Below are positions 38,701-43,803 of a DNA stretch of 43,803 bases, piece by piece. The notes below the pieces were generated by a model, which worked only from the letters and a program-made list of their open reading frames with translations, did no database searches and was not told where the DNA came from. Position 1 is the first letter of the stretch, and each line of letters begins with the position of its first letter. Origin of the DNA: Clostridia bacterium (GTDB lineage Bacteria; Bacillota; Clostridia; UBA1212); contig JAZPZG010000077.1 in NCBI GenBank assembly GCA_045544575.1, positions 1 through 43,803 of the forward strand. Reading direction: 5' to 3'. The position numbers and the translations under genes are program-made.

Positions 38701-41700
38701 TACTGTAGCACCTACTGCAGAGCCTACTGAGGTTCCCGTAACGGCTGTACCTACAGCTACGCCTACTGTGGCACCTACTGCAGAGCCTACGGCTACACCC
38801 GTTATCTTTAAGGAAAACAACAGCGGCGTTACTGTAAAAGCGCCTACGGGTACTGATATTGACTCTTCAATGATTCTTAACGTTGAAGTTACGAATGACG
38901 TAACAATTCCTGCAGACAGCGAATTTGCATCATATACTGCAGTTGTTTATGACATATACTTCACAAAGGATGACAACAGAGTTTCCGTAGAGATTGAAAA
39001 CGGCACGGTTACCGTAACAATTCCTGTTCCGACAGGAATGAATGGCAAAAAGTGTAAGGTAGTACATATCAGCAATGACGGCATGACTGTTACTGATATG
39101 AACGCATCTTATGACGGAATGGGCAACATGACCTTTACGACAAAACACTTTAGCTATTACGCAGTAATTGAAGCTGCCGCATCCCTTAACGAGGCGGCAT
39201 ACTGGAATCAGAACGGTCACTACTACGTAACTGCTGACTCCGTAACGGTTTATACCGATGCTTTGGACGGTACGATTCTTCAGAAATACGTTACGGCTGA
39301 GGATGGCACTGAGTCGTTGGTTAATATGACCATTGCGAAGAACGAGATGTTCTCCGTTACTGAAACCAGGAAGATCGAAGAAGGCGACTATATCGGTATT
39401 TACGGTAAGGTTACTGTTTTTGACGGCAAGAGTACAACCACAGGTTGGATCAAGCTTGCAAAGACAGACGTTACACCTGTTGAGTACGAAACAGACACCG
39501 ATTGGGGTATGGGCTTTACGAATGACGTTTACTATCAGCCGTTTGAAAATCTTCCTGTCGGAAAGTATTTTGATCTAACCGGTACAATCATTCCTAATTT
39601 TAAAGAAGATACCGGCGCATTCACACCGAATGGAGCTAATTCCAATGATTATATTATGTTGGATCACAAAGGTGCGTTTGGTTCATTTTACGGTCAAGAT
39701 AATGTAAACGTTAACAGTGGCTATCAGTCAAATGACCATGAGTTGGCATACAAACGAGTTGGCAATACCGTTATCTCTACTTTCTATACAGACAGAAGCA
39801 ATCCGTACTACGGTGTGGCAGGATTCTCCTTCCAGTTCCGATATGATTGGGCATCGAGCTACGGTATGGCTATTCGTCCTATTACCGATAAAAACCAGGA
39901 CGTTAAGGGTACTTGGGATCCGGATGGTTACTATCCCGATCTGTTGACAATCGAACATGATCCCGGCGATACTACTTCCGGTAAGGCGTACCTGTTTGTA
40001 AATGATGAAAGCGGTACCGGAAAGATTGCCAGTGGTCGTCCTATGCTTCGAACTATTGAGTTTGAAAAGGGCAGAGACTATACCATTACCGTGATTATGA
40101 CCGCAGGAAGCTCAGACTATACTGTGGTTGTTGATGGTAAGGTTATAGGTACGTACACATATTCTGCAAATCTCAACAATGCAGGAACCATAACGACTGT
40201 AACTCCTCACGAGTACCTGAGAGGATTCTCCATGTTTATGCATGGTTTCTGGGAAGATGCTACTCGTGGTTCTGACAAGATGTACTTTGATAACTTTGTT
40301 GTCGGTGAAATCGAAAACATTGAAAAAGACGTTTTGGTTAATACTCAGGGACACCAGACCGAGTTTATTGTTGATGACTTGATTCAGATAACGTATGACG
40401 GTACGGAGATAGGCAACTGGATTGCTGTTTACAGATACGACGCAACTACCGGAAAGTTCTATTCACCTGACGGTACAACGGAGATTATTCCTAACTTTGA
40501 CAACTGTGCACAGCGTGCATACACGGAAGACGGAAAGAACTTTGCTTACTTTAACCGTCATTGGGATGAACTGGGCGGTGGTTCTACGTTTGACTGCGGA
40601 TGGCATCCTGGAAATCAATCCACACGTGACTCCGTATGGTACAATGGTTACGGTTGTATTTCGTTGTTGCCCAAAGACATATACGGCGACGCTTGTGACT
40701 ATGCTATCCTTGTGTTTAATGCGGGTGGCAGCATTATAAGTGAAGAACTTGTATTCTGCACGGTATCGGGCTCTTGTCCTCATATCGATATACCTGAAAA
40801 TGTATATGTAAAGGGTGAGCAGATTCCCGTAAGCTATGCATGGGCAGATGCAAACTCAAAGATCATTTTGAAGGATGAGAATGGAAACGTTATTATGGAT
40901 CCCGTTATTTCTTTTGACGTACGTTCAAAAGTGGGAACCGTTATCCTGGATACAGAGAATCTTATTCCGGGTATGACATATCGACTTGTAGGTGTATGTG
41001 AAGATGCAAACGAAAATCTGGTCGAAACAGGATACAAGGAGTTTGAGATTCGTAATCCTATCTTGGCTATTTCCGGAATTGAAGGAAACACCGTATCAGA
41101 GGATGAGATATTCAATCTTGAGTACTATCGCCAGTACGGTGAAGCGGGAGACGTTTATGCTTCCGACACGTATTACCTTGCAATCTTTAATAAGAATGCA
41201 ACAAGTAAAAAACTCGCAAATGCATTGCAGTATGCTTTGATAGAAAATATTGCTCTGGACCAAATAAATGTGGAATACGCTATCGAGTATAACAAGTATG
41301 CAACAACTCTTGAGGGTAAGTTTGCAATTACAGGCGTTATCGGTGAGGTAATCTACAATGAAACTGATGGTTTGAGACTTCCTGTGGGCGATTACTTTGC
41401 AATCATTACCGATAAAGACGGTAGTACGCTTTCAAAGGAAATGTTCTTCTCTGTTACAACTAACAACAGTGCAAACATTGCTGACAGCGATAATGAGTAC
41501 GCATACGGCGAAAAAGTAAACGTTTCTTACACCGGCGGAGATGTTGGTACGTATCTTGCTATCTTCAACGCTGACTTTACAGGAGACTTTACAAAGGAAA
41601 ATGCAATTCAGTTTGCTCCTCTCTTCGGTAACAGCACTGTAGGCTTTAATACCGATATGATTACAACACATCCTGACATCAGAGACATGGTTGGCTTTAC

Positions 41701-43552
41701 AGAGATTCCTGCAGAGTACCTGCCTTACGGTGACTACGTAGTTAAAATGATTGACGGTGAGACGGGTGAAGCTCTTACAGATAAGGGCGGAAATGTAATT
41801 ACTGTTGCGTTCTCCGTTGTTGCAGAAGAGGTATCAATTGAGTCCGACGAAGGCATATGGAACGCTATACCCGGTAAGGTAACTATCACTATTGATAATG
41901 ACGACTCCACTTCCGGAGTAACACCTTACGGATCTATCAAGACCTTTGTTGCTGAGGCTAATATAGGTTACTCATTTGTTGGCTGGTATGAGCTTAACAA
42001 TGACGGTTCTGTTAAGTGCCTTGTAAGTAAGGATGCAAAGTATACTGTTGAGAATATTTATGTGGCTAATACGAAGATTTTTGCAATCTTTGTTAAGAAT
42101 GCGGATAAGGCAAATCTTTACTACGTGGATTTTGTAAACGATGCAAATCAGGTAGTTCAGTCGATTCCTGCAATCGAAGGCGGCAGTGTAAATATGGCAG
42201 AGCTTTCCTACAACAGGCCTATCAAGGTTGGTTATACGTTTAACGGCTGGACAGTCGAGAACTATGATGCGAAGAACGTTACTAAGTATTTCTACTATGT
42301 GACAAATGAAAGCGGTGAATACGTTCTCGATGAAAACGGTGAAAGAACGATAGTTGTTCTGGATAGCGAGGAAGCTGCGATAGCACAGGCAATGACGTTT
42401 ATTGATGAAGCAAAGGCTGAGGCTGAAGCGAGCGGCGAGGCAGTAGCACCTGAGAAGGTATACGCTCTTATTGAGCTTGCAGGCAAGAGCTATGATGTTC
42501 TTTATGCATACACATACTATGCAGATGCTGAAGAGCCTTACGGAGAGTGGACGATTCACTCTTTGATTAACGTAAGCGCTAACATTACTGTAAAAGCTTC
42601 TTGGAAGGCGGCAAGCGGTACAGGTGCAACTACTCCTGCGGTTGTTGATGTTATTGCATACAATGACAGCGGTGAACAAGTAACCGGCAGCTTTGAACGT
42701 CCTATCAATGCAAGCGTGTACGTTACTACACCCGCTGCTTTGGACGGAAAGACCTTTGTAGGTTGGGTAGATATGAGTAAGCCCGCAAGACAGAGCTACG
42801 TTGTAAATAACGATGCTGTTGAGCTTACAGAGGGCGAGACTTCTGCTGATGAAGCTGTTAAGATCTACTCTAACGGAACTGTTAAGGTGGGCAACTACTA
42901 TTATCCGATATTGAGCTACAATGCGAAATATTCTTTCAGAGTTGTAGGTCATATGGAACTGAGAGCTGTTTACACATCGGGTACGTTTGATGTGACAACG
43001 ACTAAGCCTGCAGTGACGATTTCCGAGTATGCACAGTATTCGTTGCGTGCAAACGAGAAGGTAAATATTGCCTTTAATGCAATTGTTACTCTTCCTGCTG
43101 ACGGCTCGAAGTACGAATTTGTAGATTTTGGATATTTGCTCTACGTATCCGGAAGTGATGATGTGAAACCTATTACTAACTTCTACGATATCGATGGTAA
43201 TATGACTGCTGCAGATTTCCTCTCTCTTAATACTGAGAGCGGTAACGGAGGTACGTTCAAGAAGCTTTCCATTAATACAAACAATAATGCCGGTCAGTTC
43301 TTCGGTAACGTAACCACTAAGATGATAGACGGAAAGACACTTTACGTGAAGCCTTACGTGATTTACGTGAACTCCGACACAACTGCTGAAAATAGTAACT
43401 GGACAATTTCTTACGGTAATGCTATAATGATAGACGCTTCTGTTATAACGGCTGATTGTGATGCTATAAATGTCACTGCAGGCGGAAAGATTAAGCATTA
43501 CGAAGAAACTCAATTGACAGCGGGCGATTGCGTAAATTACGCTGCTCAATAA
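32735..43552 (+). CDS. Giant secreted multidomain protein (3605 aa): metallophosphoesterase, Ig-like repeats, PT linker, HFS domain, SH3-like, LamG-like and InlB-B/Flg_new-like repeats
   Basis: GGAGGAG RBS; signal peptide ending SNA; intact phosphoesterase motifs SDIH, NGD, GNHD, CHQ, GHSH (~35750-36780); GY(S/T)F.GW repeats near the C-terminus. Confidence 0.9.
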   Translation: MKAKRNWTKGLLRRVTSFVLVLVMLLTSVTLPKINWQKSNATQIGGTVMPAEPVFSWEPSSADPDLSYVHSGNIELRGSDDGALIIKNTSGTGVTMDTAYGTVLQEGTYADVSSSYFDLAASWGLNEEENSKGYIAWFHTGPDGIGSYNNGIATTGTGVGGTTVDYSGIADYDEGLISFSGLINEGNELNWIPPQYSDTNGTRYAYFLVKYKADGYTPRMRIWAYGDQRDNNGNTYQQNRVSDEGLTAYRRNKNENEDDVVFIERDFHEGDGNIQYQIIWVDVVRAAGVAGRELDNFALEVNGADATDFGWNGHPSTASKRQTELINKDFYLYGIYGFNSENDAISFMYSDILGEDGIVEDNVRATNIINAPQKVAKGDLVASHINEALPGVWAERTPYNYGTTSVTEYWAKSELYQSVPYVLEKGGDGIWNHDVPHFAMGDAGYLETTRFTANTLGSQSFRLKLMNISDGGTAELYPGHTQTGFFELNAPFEVVEYANSPSLPDVHTRYANGHAYYEYDMDFAFMLAQDDGNGQLIDDWSIDNYIVYKHGVNSIGKQVAEDAIDALEVVQPYFHTSRNSMTFDLGPVIYDDYETVTFYYNNTTGTEATFELYITTYYDDTNLDTVGAEKKYTKSVSEGEGKVTFTIPKTTLGYTKSEVVQDFAIRVVTNDKTADAAGDKETYVDITKIEFAARHELNVDFNNETDREDHNAWDFNNKAFGVSINGDAVQGVANENNGYRFELYNIACEAYCDYLVNGDTITDENKIEKEEIKVYAVQQSDYNFAYNVSGYTTNNGVNIMDGTFAQGQPNAAGLGHVNYSFTMQKDTVIDIDVVWVDYTNNVTAGIGEINSDGTVQTYIPAPTSSTESVVLQGSDNNAASGTSSEVLTEATYTKDASKAAYYADGTIHVEFDPTLGYIVTDIVPYFADANGNLLEGYASLQNQPVRLGASSLTFNLVKNTIIPEGAAKIVVYARTAQGLSNGIAVDLASGFKTEAEAFSDDDLTAEFQVLSDIHIVNPDYRSEIEATDIDDYWHHTYPNYPENVNPFTIHNQRFEMALRDIAAMQSSKSIGIVVNGDVTEHNQAYEYTECVEIYNTVNASVGGTLKNMLWTIGNHDFGLYANRGNGLTTNHKNLSGSAIGDFYVNLFLNQIAAGGSAVYNPGVSGIPYYSISANGCKFIYLGSEEYDETGAVDAILSQTQLDWLAREIGSTDKNMPVFVFCHQSMYNTVAGSLPGQGWDGITNNAGFDAGTEDRLAAILASHPNAIYFAGHSHWDLNSEGNMYTQTDNMCDSFNTASTAYLWSTYAGDTGHYVDGSQGYYVYVYSDGTVLVKGRDFTTNEWLPSAMYCVEHKDGSSLSADSYAGYVDGTTKLYTNKTTFSYGEPIEVMYNNQVASTLSNKWIAIYASSATIGTNACKQYAYINSGTGYITFNNLQGVTTDSEAAASLGTVEYNDPNSFTPLVPGTYRIVTLGTDANGYAYATDSAELWITVTDDTTADYANRLSVGASSYNVNENITFNFSQVYHGTKAGDNAVCLCIYTVGEDPTVDNSYMYAYPYIWAGGGAPFNGSITVPCSGSGTGTTNLNFNDGNSKPGVGSYYAVLINPRGRTSDDKPYGNYEEVSNRVYFEVTNNNTYYNTLYQVGGATEFTSGEAIELGYASYGTQAAWLAIYGENDDPNTVTASKQYVYVTGIYNTMASGTATFNALPAGKYYAQILVGETKGSYAALSEKFAFSVLDREISISGVDEGAELEYSEEQLDISYTGADSGDWIGIFRDGVTDKSLANAVQYAFIAGDGTVEFCHPTNGTTANLDASAVNGVHFSTDAVGTVLRFLPAGNYYVQAFDSDNGNIALCDPINFSVKFALDNITEGQTFEYSEMIPVYYYGAEYGDWLGVFANGVTTKSKDASLQYACVIGKNYVNFCPDKDGTSGDLTPEAGTGPYYLHFDDGLRYLPAGTYYVQAFDSNGNALCDAINFTVNAAPTEEPTAVPTVAPTAEPTEVPVTAVPTATPTVAPTAEPTATPVIFKENNSGVTVKAPTGTDIDSSMILNVEVTNDVTIPADSEFASYTAVVYDIYFTKDDNRVSVEIENGTVTVTIPVPTGMNGKKCKVVHISNDGMTVTDMNASYDGMGNMTFTTKHFSYYAVIEAAASLNEAAYWNQNGHYYVTADSVTVYTDALDGTILQKYVTAEDGTESLVNMTIAKNEMFSVTETRKIEEGDYIGIYGKVTVFDGKSTTTGWIKLAKTDVTPVEYETDTDWGMGFTNDVYYQPFENLPVGKYFDLTGTIIPNFKEDTGAFTPNGANSNDYIMLDHKGAFGSFYGQDNVNVNSGYQSNDHELAYKRVGNTVISTFYTDRSNPYYGVAGFSFQFRYDWASSYGMAIRPITDKNQDVKGTWDPDGYYPDLLTIEHDPGDTTSGKAYLFVNDESGTGKIASGRPMLRTIEFEKGRDYTITVIMTAGSSDYTVVVDGKVIGTYTYSANLNNAGTITTVTPHEYLRGFSMFMHGFWEDATRGSDKMYFDNFVVGEIENIEKDVLVNTQGHQTEFIVDDLIQITYDGTEIGNWIAVYRYDATTGKFYSPDGTTEIIPNFDNCAQRAYTEDGKNFAYFNRHWDELGGGSTFDCGWHPGNQSTRDSVWYNGYGCISLLPKDIYGDACDYAILVFNAGGSIISEELVFCTVSGSCPHIDIPENVYVKGEQIPVSYAWADANSKIILKDENGNVIMDPVISFDVRSKVGTVILDTENLIPGMTYRLVGVCEDANENLVETGYKEFEIRNPILAISGIEGNTVSEDEIFNLEYYRQYGEAGDVYASDTYYLAIFNKNATSKKLANALQYALIENIALDQINVEYAIEYNKYATTLEGKFAITGVIGEVIYNETDGLRLPVGDYFAIITDKDGSTLSKEMFFSVTTNNSANIADSDNEYAYGEKVNVSYTGGDVGTYLAIFNADFTGDFTKENAIQFAPLFGNSTVGFNTDMITTHPDIRDMVGFTEIPAEYLPYGDYVVKMIDGETGEALTDKGGNVITVAFSVVAEEVSIESDEGIWNAIPGKVTITIDNDDSTSGVTPYGSIKTFVAEANIGYSFVGWYELNNDGSVKCLVSKDAKYTVENIYVANTKIFAIFVKNADKANLYYVDFVNDANQVVQSIPAIEGGSVNMAELSYNRPIKVGYTFNGWTVENYDAKNVTKYFYYVTNESGEYVLDENGERTIVVLDSEEAAIAQAMTFIDEAKAEAEASGEAVAPEKVYALIELAGKSYDVLYAYTYYADAEEPYGEWTIHSLINVSANITVKASWKAASGTGATTPAVVDVIAYNDSGEQVTGSFERPINASVYVTTPAALDGKTFVGWVDMSKPARQSYVVNNDAVELTEGETSADEAVKIYSNGTVKVGNYYYPILSYNAKYSFRVVGHMELRAVYTSGTFDVTTTKPAVTISEYAQYSLRANEKVNIAFNAIVTLPADGSKYEFVDFGYLLYVSGSDDVKPITNFYDIDGNMTAADFLSLNTESGNGGTFKKLSINTNNNAGQFFGNVTTKMIDGKTLYVKPYVIYVNSDTTAENSNWTISYGNAIMIDASVITADCDAINVTAGGKIKHYEETQLTAGDCVNYAAQ
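38669..38800 (+). repeat. Pro/Thr-rich linker built from degenerate 12-bp (xPTx) repeats
   Basis: APTEEPTAVPTVAPTAEPTEVPVTAVPTATPTVAPTAEPTATP; near-identical 29-bp copies at 38699-38727 and 38762-38790 (1 mismatch). Confidence 0.9.
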
Positions 43553-43571
43553 GCGGAAAGGAGTTGCTATA

Positions 43572-43727
43572 ATGAAAAAGGTATTTGTCGAGCCTGAAAT
43601 AGAGATAGTATCCTTTGAGGCTTTGGATAAAATCGGAGCTGTATCCTATACTGATACAGGTGAAGGTTGGGGAGACGGCGGAACTTCCGACAGTGTGCCC
43701 GGCGGCGGTACAGAAATAGAAATATAA
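43572..43727 (+). CDS. Unannotated 51-aa peptide MKKVFVEPEIEIVSFEALDKIGAVSYTDTGEGWGDGGTSDSVPGGGTEIEI, RiPP-precursor-like leader
   Basis: GAAAGGAG RBS; starts 19 nt after the giant gene's stop; followed by a terminator; MKK.F..PEIEIV.F leader pattern. Confidence 0.8.
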   Translation: MKKVFVEPEIEIVSFEALDKIGAVSYTDTGEGWGDGGTSDSVPGGGTEIEI

Positions 43728-43754
43728 AGTCGCCATCTTCATTATGAAGTTAAC

Positions 43755-43795
43755 TGCAACAGACCGAGGCGTATGCCTCCGGCTGTTGTATTTTT
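43755..43795 (+). terminator. Intrinsic terminator closing the giant-protein/peptide unit
   Basis: TGCAACAG-ACCGAGGC-GTAT-GCCTCCGG-CTGTTGTA imperfect stem followed by TTTTT. Confidence 0.8.
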
Positions 43796-43803
43796 AAGTT
43801 CTG

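Noticed and set aside
38669-38800. Short tandem repeats as a CRISPR array
   Set aside because: They are 12-bp in-frame units encoding a Pro/Thr linker, with no spacers and no cas genes.
41972-43549. 525-aa antisense ORF (also 33044-34045, 34139-35206 and 37382-38194)
   Set aside because: These are in-register shadows of the giant gene, explained by its avoidance of TTA/CTA/TCA codons. They have no RBS or protein-like motifs.

Overview
A 43.8 kb chromosomal window from a low-GC Gram-positive bacterium, most likely Clostridia (sigma-A promoters, AGGAGG RBSs, rsmD-coaD-coiled-coil synteny). It opens with the 3' end of an rRNA operon (23S tail, 5S, terminator). Next come a small envelope/housekeeping operon (degenerate metallophosphoesterase, argC, CapA-family, PHP phosphatase), a complete nine-gene V/A-type ATPase operon with an M24 peptidase, and rsmD-coaD-coiled-coil-rsmE. 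That run continues into a surface-glycan-modification cluster: phosphodiester glycosidase, two exported proteins, an AlgI-like MBOAT, an AlgJ-like protein and an apparently catalytically dead GH2-fold protein. Then follow mntP, an aminotransferase, a Mn-type CDF transporter, a GT-C-like membrane protein, a probable orphan structured sRNA and a 3605-aa secreted multidomain protein. No mobile element, tRNA or CRISPR array was seen. The best candidate for an undescribed system is the last transcription unit. It has a strong promoter, the giant exported metallophosphoesterase/Ig-repeat protein with an internal HF|S autoproteolysis-type motif and no recognisable anchor, and then an unannotated 51-aa peptide with an F/YxxP-type leader and Gly/Ser/Thr/Asp-rich core before a terminator. 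All family assignments come from motifs read by eye; no database search was run.
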